From the NCBI GenBank assembly GCA_036006425.1, contig DASYPQ010000022.1, positions 337,938-401,937 on the forward strand: 64,000 nucleotides of DNA, in the 5' to 3' direction. The stretch comes from Planctomycetota bacterium. GTDB lineage: Bacteria > Planctomycetota > UBA1135 > GCA-002686595. The notes below the pieces were generated by a model, which worked only from the letters and a program-made list of their open reading frames with translations, did no database searches and was not told the origin of the DNA. The position numbers and the translations under genes are program-made. How positions within the stretch are numbered: the first letter of the stretch is position 1; every line of letters begins with the position of its first letter. Of the stretch, positions 51,432 to 60,443 are shown piece after piece.

Positions 51432-52654
51432 CGACCGAACGGAACTACGACCTCCTCGAGACCGAGGGCGGAGTCCCGATCAAGGCGTGGATCCGCGGCG
51501 TGCCGATGGAGGACGAGGCCCGCCGGCAGCTCGAGAACGTCGCGCGGCTGCCCTTCGTCCACCGCTGGGTCGCCGCCATGCCCGACGTTCACTACGGGAT
51601 CGGCGCGACGGTCGGGAGCGTCGTCGCGACGCGCGGCGCGATCGTGCCGGCCGCGGTCGGGGTCGACATCGGCTGCGGGATGATGGCGGTGCAGACGAGC
51701 CTGCGCGCCGCGGACCTGCCCGACGACCTCGGACCCATGCGGGCCGCGATCGAGAAGGCCGTGCCGCACGGCCGCACCGCGGGAAGGCGCGATCCCGGCG
51801 CGTGGCACGATCCGCCCGCGCCGGCGGCGGAAGCCTGGAAGGAGCTCGGACCGGCGTTCGAGCGGATCGCGAGGAAGCACCCGAAGGTGAAGGACGCCAA
51901 CACGGTCGTCCATCTCGGCACGCTCGGGACCGGGAACCACTTCATCGAAGTGTGCCTCGACGAATCCGATACGCTCTGGTTCCTCCTCCACTCCGGCTCG
52001 CGCGGCGTCGGGAACCGCATCGGCAGCTACTTCATCGAGCTCGCGAAGAAGGATCTGGGTCACCGGCTCGGCAACCTCCCGGATGAGGACCTCGCCTACT
52101 TCGAGGAAGGCGCGGAGCACTTCGCCGACTACGTCGAGGCGGTCGACTGGGCGCAGCGGTTCGCGATGAAGAATCGCGAGCTGATGATGGCGGCCGTCGT
52201 GCGCGCGGCCGCGTCCGTCCACGGCATCCCGCCCTTCGACGCGCAGCTCGTCGCGGTGAACTGCCACCACAACTACGTCGCCCGCGAGCGCCACTACGGC
52301 GCGGACGTCTTCGTGACGCGCAAGGGCGCCGTCCGCGCGGGCCTGGGCGAGCTCGGGATCATCCCCGGGAGCATGGGCGCGGCCTCGTACATCGTGCTGG
52401 GAAAGGGCCATCCCGAGGCCTTCGAGAGCTGCAGCCACGGCGCGGGCCGGGCGATGTCGCGGACGAAGGCGCGGCAGGTGTTCACCCTCGCGGACCACCG
52501 CGCCGCCACGGCGCACGTCGAGTGCCGGAAGGACGAGAAGGTGCTCGACGAGACGCCGGGCGCCTACAAGCCGATCGACAAGGTGATGGAGGCGCAGAGG
52601 GACCTCGTCGAGGTCGTCCACACGCTGCGGCAAGTCGTCTGCGTCAAGGGCTGA
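51428..52654 (+). CDS. rtcB: RNA 3'-phosphate ligase RtcB
   Basis: ATGA overlap with the helicase stop. MPDVHYGIG, GVDIGCGM, GTGNHFIE, GSRGVGN, CHHNY, SCSHGAGR. Confidence 0.9.
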   Translation: MTTERNYDLLETEGGVPIKAWIRGVPMEDEARRQLENVARLPFVHRWVAAMPDVHYGIGATVGSVVATRGAIVPAAVGVDIGCGMMAVQTSLRAADLPDDLGPMRAAIEKAVPHGRTAGRRDPGAWHDPPAPAAEAWKELGPAFERIARKHPKVKDANTVVHLGTLGTGNHFIEVCLDESDTLWFLLHSGSRGVGNRIGSYFIELAKKDLGHRLGNLPDEDLAYFEEGAEHFADYVEAVDWAQRFAMKNRELMMAAVVRAAASVHGIPPFDAQLVAVNCHHNYVARERHYGADVFVTRKGAVRAGLGELGIIPGSMGAASYIVLGKGHPEAFESCSHGAGRAMSRTKARQVFTLADHRAATAHVECRKDEKVLDETPGAYKPIDKVMEAQRDLVEVVHTLRQVVCVKG

Positions 52655-52676
52655 AGCCCGCTATGCTCTCCCGTCC

Positions 52677-55514
52677 ATGACTCCCGGACGCGACACCGAA
52701 GGCTGGCAGGTCACCCCTCTCGAGTCCTTCCCTCCGATGGAGAAGTGGGACGACTGGGTCGAGTACGACGCCGCGGCCTGGCCGCGCAAGGTCGAGAAGC
52801 ACTACATGCTCGTGCCGACGACCTGCTTCAACTGCGAGGCGGCGTGCGGGCTCGTCGCGTACGTCGACAAGGAGACGCGCGCGATCCGCAAGCTCGAGGG
52901 GAATCCCTTCCACCCCGGCTCGCGCGGCAAGAACTGCGCGAAGGGTCCGGCGACGCTCAACCAGATCCAGGATCCCGGCCGCATCCTCTATCCGATGAAG
53001 CGCGTCGGTCCGCGCGGCTCGGGGAAGTTCGCGCGCGCGAGCTGGGACGAAGCCCTCGACGTCTTCGCCGCGGCGATCCGCAAGGCGATCGTCGAAGGAC
53101 GCAAGACCGAGGTCATGTACCACGTCGGCCGACCGGGCCACGACGGCTACATGGACCGCGTCCTCCAGAGCTGGGGCGTCGACGGGCACAACAGCCACAC
53201 GAACGTCTGCTCCGCGGCCGCGCGACTCGGCTACGCGCTGTGGAGCGGCGCCGACCGTCCGTCGCCCGACCACGAGAACGCGAAGTTCATGCTCCTCCTC
53301 TCGTCGCACCTCGAGACGGGGCACTACTTCAACCCGCACGCGCAGCGGATCATCGAAGGCAAGATGCGCGGCGCGAAGCTCGCCGTCGTCGACGTGCGCC
53401 TCTCGAACACGGCTTCGATGGCCGACTTCTGGCTCGCCCCGTGGCCCGGCACCGAGGCGTTCCTCCTCCTCGCGATGGCCCACGTCATCCTCGAGGAGAA
53501 GCTGTACGACCGCGCGTTCCTCGAGACCTGGGGGAACTGGCGCGAGACGCTCGAAGCGCTCGCTCCGGGCTCTCCGCCCAGCGTCGACGCGTTCCTCGAG
53601 GCGCTGCGGAAGCACTACGCGCGCTTCACGCCCGAAGCCGCGGAGGCGGAGTGCGGCGTCGCGAAGGAGACGGTCGTCGCCGTCGCGCGCGAGATCGGCG
53701 CCGCGGGCAGCGCCTTCGCCACGCACGTCTGGCGCAACGCGGCCTCGGGCAACCTCGGCGGATGGCAGGTCGCGCGCGCGCTCCAGTTCCTGTGTGTGCT
53801 CGTCGGATCGGTCGGCGCGAAGGGCGGGACGAACCTGAACACGCAGGACAAGTTCGTGCCCCCGCCGTTCCTGAAGCCGCCCGCGCAGGGCGTGTGGAAC
53901 GAGCTCCTCTATCCGCGCGAGTGGCCGCTCAGCCACCACGAGCTCTCCTACCTCCTCCCCCACTTCCTCCTCGAAGGCCGCGGCAAGCTCGCCGCGTACT
54001 TCACGCGCGTCTACAACCCGGTGTGGACGAATCCGGACGGGATGATCTGGGAGCAGGTGCTGCGCGACGAATCGAAGATCGAGCTTCACGCGGCGCTGAC
54101 GCCGACCTGGAGCGAGACGGCGCAGTACGCGGACTGGGTGCTGCCGATGGGCCTCGGCGCCGAGCGGCACGACTTGATGAGCCAGGAGACGCACGCGGAG
54201 AAGTGGATCGGCTTCCGCCAGCCCGTCGTGCGCGTGATGCGCGAGCGCCTCGGCGAGAAGGTCGAGTGGACGCGCGACGCGAATCCCGGAGAGGTGTGGG
54301 AGGAAGACGAGTTCTGGATCTCGCTCTCGTGGCGGATCGACCCGGACGGCTCGCTCGGGATCCGCAAGTACTACGAATCGCCGTACCGGAAATCGCAGCA
54401 GATCACGGTGGACGAGTACTACCGCTGGATCTTCGAGAACACGGTGCCCGGGTTGCCGGAGGAGGCGAAGAAGAAGGGCCTCTCGGCGCTCGAGTACATG
54501 CGGCGCTACGGGGCGTTCCTCGTCGAGAAGGAGACCTGGGAAGGCCACGCGAAGAAGCTCTCGGCCGCGGAACTCGAGGCGGCGAGCGTCGACGAGGCGT
54601 CGAAGACCGTGACGAAGGCCGGGAAACCGATCGGCATCGTCGCCGACAGCGCGCCGCGGATCGGATTCACGACGCCGTCGCGGCGCCTCGAGTTCTTCAG
54701 CAAGACGATGGTCGAGTGGGGTTGGCCCGAGTTCGCGCTGCCCGAGTACATCGAGAGCCACGTGCACCGGAAGCATCTCGATCGAGCCAAGGGCGAGTAC
54801 GCGCTCGTGCCGACGTTCCGGCTGCCGACCTTGATCCACACGCGGTCGGGCAACGCGAAGTGGCTGTACGAGCTCTCGAACACGAATCCGGTGTGGATCC
54901 ACCCGGAGGACGCGGAGCGGATCGGCGTCGAGACGACCGACCTCGTGCGCATCTCGACGCGGATCGGCCACTTCGTGAACAAGGCCTGGGTGACGGAAGG
55001 CGTGCGGCCGGGGATCGTCGCGTGCAGCCACCACCTCGGCCGCTGGCGTCTGTTCGACGACAACGGGACGGACAAGTGGGCGAGCTGCAAGGTCGCGCGC
55101 GAGGAGACGGCGCCCGGGAAGTTCCGGTTCAGACGCCTCGAGGACGTCGGGCCGTTCGAGAGCAGCGATCCGGACAGCAAACGCGTGTGGTGGAGCGACG
55201 GCGGTGTGCACCAGAACCTGACGTTCCCGGTGCAGCCGGATCCGGTGTCGGGGATGCACTGCTGGCACCAGCGCGTGCGCGTGGAGCGAGCGGGCGCGGA
55301 CGACCGGTACGGCGACGTCGAGGTCGACACCGCGAAGTCGATGGCGATCTACCGCGAGTGGGTGGCGCTGGCGCGGCCGGCGCCGGGGCCCGGCGGATTG
55401 CGGCGACCGCTGCACTTCGCGCGCGCGGTGCGGCCGGCGCCGGAAGCGTACCGTACGGAGCCAGAGCAGATTCTCAACGATTTCGGCCGGGCAGTGCCCG
55501 GTCGAAATCGTTGA
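52677..55514 (+). CDS. molybdopterin (bis-MGD) oxidoreductase catalytic subunit, no Tat signal
   Basis: FS0 cluster motif CFNCEAACG...NCAKG. Mo-bisPGD and C-terminal barrel regions. The last 20 codons and the TGA lie inside the 83-nt palindromic element. Confidence 0.85.
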   Translation: MTPGRDTEGWQVTPLESFPPMEKWDDWVEYDAAAWPRKVEKHYMLVPTTCFNCEAACGLVAYVDKETRAIRKLEGNPFHPGSRGKNCAKGPATLNQIQDPGRILYPMKRVGPRGSGKFARASWDEALDVFAAAIRKAIVEGRKTEVMYHVGRPGHDGYMDRVLQSWGVDGHNSHTNVCSAAARLGYALWSGADRPSPDHENAKFMLLLSSHLETGHYFNPHAQRIIEGKMRGAKLAVVDVRLSNTASMADFWLAPWPGTEAFLLLAMAHVILEEKLYDRAFLETWGNWRETLEALAPGSPPSVDAFLEALRKHYARFTPEAAEAECGVAKETVVAVAREIGAAGSAFATHVWRNAASGNLGGWQVARALQFLCVLVGSVGAKGGTNLNTQDKFVPPPFLKPPAQGVWNELLYPREWPLSHHELSYLLPHFLLEGRGKLAAYFTRVYNPVWTNPDGMIWEQVLRDESKIELHAALTPTWSETAQYADWVLPMGLGAERHDLMSQETHAEKWIGFRQPVVRVMRERLGEKVEWTRDANPGEVWEEDEFWISLSWRIDPDGSLGIRKYYESPYRKSQQITVDEYYRWIFENTVPGLPEEAKKKGLSALEYMRRYGAFLVEKETWEGHAKKLSAAELEAASVDEASKTVTKAGKPIGIVADSAPRIGFTTPSRRLEFFSKTMVEWGWPEFALPEYIESHVHRKHLDRAKGEYALVPTFRLPTLIHTRSGNAKWLYELSNTNPVWIHPEDAERIGVETTDLVRISTRIGHFVNKAWVTEGVRPGIVACSHHLGRWRLFDDNGTDKWASCKVAREETAPGKFRFRRLEDVGPFESSDPDSKRVWWSDGGVHQNLTFPVQPDPVSGMHCWHQRVRVERAGADDRYGDVEVDTAKSMAIYREWVALARPAPGPGGLRRPLHFARAVRPAPEAYRTEPEQILNDFGRAVPGRNR

Positions 55515-55535
55515 GAATCTGCTCTGGCTCCGTAC
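55453..55535. repeat. 83-nt near-perfect palindromic element, copy A
   Basis: GTACGGAGCCAGAGCAGATTCTCAACGATTTCGGCCGGGCAGTGCCCGGTCGAAATCGTTGAGAATCTGCTCTGGCTCCGTAC. One mismatch in a ~40-bp stem. Confidence 0.9.
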
Positions 55536-58474
55536 TACCGCAGCTCGATGACGGTCGGGGCGCGTTGCGCGCGATCGGGCCCGACCTCGACGGTCGCACT
55601 GCCGCGCAACCCGCTGTCCGTGCGCGCGTCGATGCGGAATCGACCGGCGGGGAGCACGAAGCCGAAGAGGCGTACTTTCCCGTCCTGCATCGCGGCCCGG
55701 AACCACGAGCCGTTGCGCACGACGACTTCACCGTGCTCGTCGCGAGCCTCCGAATCGAGCGTCGTCCACTGCGCGTCCGCGTCGGCGAACACGCAATCGA
55801 ACTCGAGCTGGAATCCTTGTTCGGTGTGGAGCTCCACGCGCGTCGTCACGCCGGACTTGATCTCGACCTGGTTCCCGCGGAGGAACCGGTCGCCGCCCCA
55901 TCCGAGATGCACGGTCCAGCTCCCCGGCTCGAGCGGGCGCGATCGGAAGACGTCTCCGTCGAGGACCATCTCCTCCGTCCCGTGTCCCTCCCGATCGAGG
56001 ACGGGCGGCCGGGTCGTGCCGAGCCCCGCGACCGGGATCTCGAGCAGGCCCGCCGCAGCCGGCTGGATGACGCCGACGTCCTCGGTCCCACCCGAGCGCA
56101 ACTCGAAGCGATCCGTCCGGAGCAGGGTCTGGCCCCCGCGCATGATGCGCAGGTCGTAGCGTCCCGCCAGGAGCGGGCCGTAGTCGAACGCGCCGGTGTG
56201 CGGGTCGAACTCGACGTAGCGACCGCTGTTGCTCGACTCCGGATAGCAGACGAGCTTGATGCCCGCAGGTTCACCGCCGTCCTCGCCGCGCAGAATCCCG
56301 CGGACGCGCGCGTCGGCGATGCGCGCGTTCTCCACGACGATCTCCACGTCCGTCGAGCCCGGTGCCGCGGCCTTGCGCTCGCCCCGCGGAGGAATCGGCA
56401 TCTCCTTGGGAGCGGAGGTCTGCACGTCGTACCGGTGATCGGCATCGAGGTTCGGGAGAACGAAGCGACCCTGCTCGTCGGTCTTCGTGTTTCGTGGATA
56501 CGCGTTGCCGTAGGGCACCGGCTGGCCGTACACGTTCCACCCGACGAGCGGATGTCGCTCGGTATCGACGATGCGCCCGGAAATCGTCAAGCCGGGATCC
56601 AGCGCGAGCTCGACGTGCGCCGTCTCGCCCGAGGTGCAACGCACGCGCGCGGTCGCCTTGCCGAGCTCGGTGTGCGTCGACACGCTCGCGTGCACCTCCT
56701 GCTCGCCGGACGCGACCCAACCGAGGTCGAATCGTCCGTCGGAGGCCGTCGTCGCGCGCGGCGGCGGGAACTCGTCGAAGTGCCAGCCGCCTCCCCACTC
56801 CGCGGCCGCGACGACGCGCGCGCCCGCGACCGGATGCCCTTCGCGGTCGACGACGCGCCCTTTGATCCTGGCGGGATCCTGGAGCACGACGTCGATCCGG
56901 TTCGCGTGATGCGTGCTCATTTCGACGGTGCCGTCCCAGCGCGGCCAGCCGCGAGCGGCGACGAACACGGGTTGACTGCCTTCGGGGAGCGCGCCGGCGT
57001 ACGTGAACCGACCCTCGGCGTCCGTCTCCACGGGGACCGGACTCGGGTTCTCGCCGCGCGTGCCGTCCGGCAGCTCGATGATGCCGCCGCCGCGCGCGCC
57101 GATCTTGACGAGCGCGCCGGCGATCGGGAGCCCGCGCGGATCGCGGACCGTTCCCTCGACGTCCCCTCCCGCGGCGCCGAGGTGCAGGACCGCGACCGCG
57201 TTTCCGTTCGGACCGAGCTGGAGATCCGGCATCTCGAGGATCGGAGAAGGAGTCCGGCCCGATGCGCGTGCCCCGATCCTTGCGTCGGACGGAAGTCCTT
57301 CGACGCGGAACGCGCCGTCGCGGCCCGCGCGTCGCAGGAAGTGGAACCGACTCGAAGGGAATCGGATCGTCTCGCTCCAGATCTCGGCGTCCGCGACGGG
57401 GTTTCCATCGGTGTCGAGCACGCAACCTTCGATCGCGACGCCTGCGGGGAGCATGAACTCGACCTCGCGCTCCGTCCCCACCGCGACATCGGCCGTGAAG
57501 CGTGCTCCACGGTCGACCCAGAGCGCAACCTTGCCGCCGAAGAGCGCGGGGAAGCGCACTCGACCGTCGGAATCCGTCCGACGGCGGAAGTACTCGTCGC
57601 GCGGCGCGGGATCGTTCGTGCAGGAGACGTCCATCGAGACGTCGTTCGCAGGCCGCCCGTCGGCCCACTTCAAGCGCACGACGAGCGCCCCCGTTTCGTT
57701 TCCGGACACCGCGGGAGCGCTCGCGGCCTCGCGATCCGGTGCAGCAGCGATCGCCAATCCCTCGGACGCAGCCACCGGCGGCGGCGCGTCGAGGACCGGC
57801 GCCGCGGCGACGGACGCCGACCGGATTCCGCGTTGCGCCTCCCATGGAATCGAACGCCATGCAACAGCCGCGAGCAGGACGACCACGACCGCGGCCACGA
57901 GCACCTTCTTCATGATCCCGACTCCTCCCGTCGCTGCGATCGGCAGGAGTGCGGCGAACCACGCTCCTCGATCTCCGTTGAACCGACCGTCGAGCCGCTG
58001 CCGCAGCTCGTGGATCGCGCGGTGGAGGCGCGTCTTGACCGTCTTCACGGGGACCCCGAGGCGCTCGGCGATCGCGTCGGGCTCGAGCCCCTCCCAGTAC
58101 CGCAAGGACACCGTCGTCCGGTACGGCTCGCGCAGCGCGAGCACGCATTCGAGCACCACGCGCGAGGCCTCGAGCTGCTCGAGCGCGGCGACGTGGGAGG
58201 GCTGACCCTCCTTGCGCGCGACCTCGCTCTCGCGCGCGTGCCTGCGGACGCTCGCGCGACGGCGATCGAGCGCGAGGCGCCGCGCGACGGTGCCCAGCCA
58301 ACCGCGCAGGGCCGAACGGCTCTTCGGCGGCCGCTCGAGCGCGACGACGAACGTCTCCTGGATCAGGTCCTCCGCATCGGCCTCGTCGCGCACGAGCGCG
58401 TGCGCGAGACGTCGCAGCGAACCTGCGTGCCGCGCGAGCTCGTCGGAATCGGCGAACCCCGCGGCGAGGGACAT
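55535..58474 (-). CDS. ECF sigma factor fused to a transmembrane helix and ~730-aa extracytoplasmic carboxypeptidase-regulatory-like repeat region
   Basis: ATG 58474 is preceded by GGAGGAAG. Region 2 DAEDLIQETFVVAL, region 4 EPDAIAERLGVPVKTVKTRLHRA, TM IMKKVLVAAVVVVLLAAVAW. At least five G.V.D..G.P.A.A.. Ig-like repeats follow. Confidence 0.75.
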   Translation of the reverse strand: MSLAAGFADSDELARHAGSLRRLAHALVRDEADAEDLIQETFVVALERPPKSRSALRGWLGTVARRLALDRRRASVRRHARESEVARKEGQPSHVAALEQLEASRVVLECVLALREPYRTTVSLRYWEGLEPDAIAERLGVPVKTVKTRLHRAIHELRQRLDGRFNGDRGAWFAALLPIAATGGVGIMKKVLVAAVVVVLLAAVAWRSIPWEAQRGIRSASVAAAPVLDAPPPVAASEGLAIAAAPDREAASAPAVSGNETGALVVRLKWADGRPANDVSMDVSCTNDPAPRDEYFRRRTDSDGRVRFPALFGGKVALWVDRGARFTADVAVGTEREVEFMLPAGVAIEGCVLDTDGNPVADAEIWSETIRFPSSRFHFLRRAGRDGAFRVEGLPSDARIGARASGRTPSPILEMPDLQLGPNGNAVAVLHLGAAGGDVEGTVRDPRGLPIAGALVKIGARGGGIIELPDGTRGENPSPVPVETDAEGRFTYAGALPEGSQPVFVAARGWPRWDGTVEMSTHHANRIDVVLQDPARIKGRVVDREGHPVAGARVVAAAEWGGGWHFDEFPPPRATTASDGRFDLGWVASGEQEVHASVSTHTELGKATARVRCTSGETAHVELALDPGLTISGRIVDTERHPLVGWNVYGQPVPYGNAYPRNTKTDEQGRFVLPNLDADHRYDVQTSAPKEMPIPPRGERKAAAPGSTDVEIVVENARIADARVRGILRGEDGGEPAGIKLVCYPESSNSGRYVEFDPHTGAFDYGPLLAGRYDLRIMRGGQTLLRTDRFELRSGGTEDVGVIQPAAAGLLEIPVAGLGTTRPPVLDREGHGTEEMVLDGDVFRSRPLEPGSWTVHLGWGGDRFLRGNQVEIKSGVTTRVELHTEQGFQLEFDCVFADADAQWTTLDSEARDEHGEVVVRNGSWFRAAMQDGKVRLFGFVLPAGRFRIDARTDSGLRGSATVEVGPDRAQRAPTVIELR

Positions 58475-58534
58475 GCGATGAGCTTCCTCCACCACTCCCG
58501 AAGACGCCACGGGGCGCCGCGGGACCTCGCGAAA

Positions 58535-58617
58535 GTACGGAGCCAGAGCAGATTCTCAACGATTTCGGCCGGGCAGTGCCCGGCTGAAATCGTTGAGAAT
58601 CTGCTCTGGCTCCGTAC
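58535..58617. repeat. 83-nt near-perfect palindromic element, copy B
   Basis: Identical to copy A at 81 of 83 positions. It differs only in the central CCCGG(TC/CT)GAAAT. Confidence 0.9.
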
Positions 58618-60443
58618 TACCAAAAGATCGCGACGCCGCTGCTCACGTTCCAGGTGTTCCCCGGCGGATTCGGGCAGAACGCCGGCGCCGCGTCGCGGTA
58701 CCAGGTCTGGTACCAGCGCATCGATCCCGGCGCGATCGGATCGCCGAGCGCGGCCGAACGCGCGCTGATCGACGGATCCCCGGCGCCCGGGTAGGCCGCG
58801 GCGCCGCCCGACGCGCTCTTCGTCCCGATCCGCTTCATCGCTCCGCCGACGCAGCGCACGCCGTCGCCGAACACGGCGCCCGAGGTCAGCACCACGTTGC
58901 CTTGGAGGAAGATGCAGAGCGAGGTCGAGAGCATCCCCGTTGCGGACAGCGTCACCGTGTCCGGGCTCGCGGCGCCCGCGGCGAGCAGCACGGCGCCTTC
59001 GCCGAGGATGTCGGAGTTCAAGCAGCCGTGTCCGGGCGATCCCGTGTTCCCGCACGGGCACGCCGTCGGGAGCGATCCGTCGCCGAAGCAGAACGTCTGG
59101 TAGAGGATGTTCGGCAGCTCGTACGCGCCCATGTCGACGATCGGGATCGTGCCGCTCCCGGTGTCCGCCGTCGCCGCCGCGTCCTCGAACCGCGGCGTGA
59201 GATCGAGGTCGAGCGTCGAGGTCGCCGGGACGGCCGCGTTGTTGCCCGCGTCCGCGCACGGCGACGACGCGCTCGTGTGGTAGTCGCCCCCGCCGGGATT
59301 CACGAGCAGCGGATCCGCGGAGATGTTGCCCGTGCCGCCGATCCCGCCTTGCACGCAGGAGTAGCTCACCGTGGTGTTGCCGCTGATCTGGTTCAGCGTC
59401 CCCTGCGCGCCGCCCGGACCCGTGTTGAGGTAGAAGATCGAGTTCGCGATCGTCGTCGCGCCGCCGCTCGCGAGCAGCCCCGCCGCCGCGTTCACGTTCG
59501 AGACGTTGCCGACGACGGTGCAGCCACGGATCGCCGGAGCGGAGCTCGAGGCGACGTAGATCGCGCCTCCACCGCCCGAGCCCGTCGAGGTGTTGCCGTG
59601 GAAGAGGCAGTCGTAGAGCTTCGTCGTCGAGCCGCTGAAGATCTCGACGCCGCCCGCGCGCTGCGCCGTGTTGCCCGCGAAGACGCAGCGGTGGAACTGC
59701 GCGGCGACGCCGTCGAACATGTCGAACGCGCCGCCAAAGGACCCGCCGACGTTCGTGAGGAACGAGCACTCGTAGAACTTCGGGCTGCTCTGGCGGATGT
59801 ATCCCGCTCCCCCGCCGAAAGTGCAGCGGTTGCCGATGACGCGGCAGCGCGTGAAGGTCGGGTTGCTGGCCGAGACGAGCAACAGTCCGCCCCCGCGGTC
59901 GTCGTCGGTCGCGGCCGAGCCGTTCGCGTTGCCGCCGGTGACGACGAAGCCGTCGAAGAGCGCGGTCGCGTTCGCGCCGTTGCCGCGCACGACGTGGTAG
60001 CTGTTCTCGCCGAGGTTGCCGCCGCCGTCGTCGCCCGCGAGGTCGCCGGTCAGCGTCGCGATGTTCACGGCGGGATCGCGTTGGCCGAGGGTCACCTCCC
60101 CGCCCGCGAAGCCGCCGTAGACCTCGACGCCGGTCTTCGTCACGAAGGACTGGGTCCGGTCCGAGCCGGCCGTGGGCTCGTAGGTCCCGTCGGCGACCCA
60201 GATCTGGTCTCCGGCCGTCGACGCCGCGAGTGCCGCCTGGAGGCCGCCGGATCCCTGGAACGCGTCGGCCCAGGTCGAGCCGTTGTTCCCGCCGCTGGCG
60301 AGGGACGCATCGACATAGAGGGTGCCCGCGAAGACCGGGCTCGCCGCGAGGACGACCCCGAGGGCCGCAAGGAAGCGGGAATGGAGCGCGGCGAGGGGTC
60401 GGGAGCGGAGGATCGCGGTGAGTCGGAAGGGATCGGAGCGCAT
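58617..60443 (-). CDS. secreted Pmp-like parallel beta-helix protein with Cys-rich C-terminal module
   Basis: Start at MRSDPFRLTAILRSRPLAALHSRFLAALGVVLAASPVFA. Repeats of the GGG(A/L).....S.P....C.F..N type. The last 157 aa are CFGDGSLPTACPCGNTGSPGHGCLNS...WYRDAAPAFCPNPPGNTWNVSSGVAIFW. Confidence 0.7.
   Translation of the reverse strand: MRSDPFRLTAILRSRPLAALHSRFLAALGVVLAASPVFAGTLYVDASLASGGNNGSTWADAFQGSGGLQAALAASTAGDQIWVADGTYEPTAGSDRTQSFVTKTGVEVYGGFAGGEVTLGQRDPAVNIATLTGDLAGDDGGGNLGENSYHVVRGNGANATALFDGFVVTGGNANGSAATDDDRGGGLLLVSASNPTFTRCRVIGNRCTFGGGAGYIRQSSPKFYECSFLTNVGGSFGGAFDMFDGVAAQFHRCVFAGNTAQRAGGVEIFSGSTTKLYDCLFHGNTSTGSGGGGAIYVASSSAPAIRGCTVVGNVSNVNAAAGLLASGGATTIANSIFYLNTGPGGAQGTLNQISGNTTVSYSCVQGGIGGTGNISADPLLVNPGGGDYHTSASSPCADAGNNAAVPATSTLDLDLTPRFEDAAATADTGSGTIPIVDMGAYELPNILYQTFCFGDGSLPTACPCGNTGSPGHGCLNSDILGEGAVLLAAGAASPDTVTLSATGMLSTSLCIFLQGNVVLTSGAVFGDGVRCVGGAMKRIGTKSASGGAAAYPGAGDPSISARSAALGDPIAPGSMRWYQTWYRDAAPAFCPNPPGNTWNVSSGVAIFW

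Noticed and set aside
52677-55514. Looked for an in-frame TGA (selenocysteine) or a twin-arginine signal in the molybdoenzyme.
   Set aside because: The ORF is uninterrupted with Cys-type motifs, and the N-terminus has no RR motif or hydrophobic h-region. There is therefore no evidence for Sec or Tat export.
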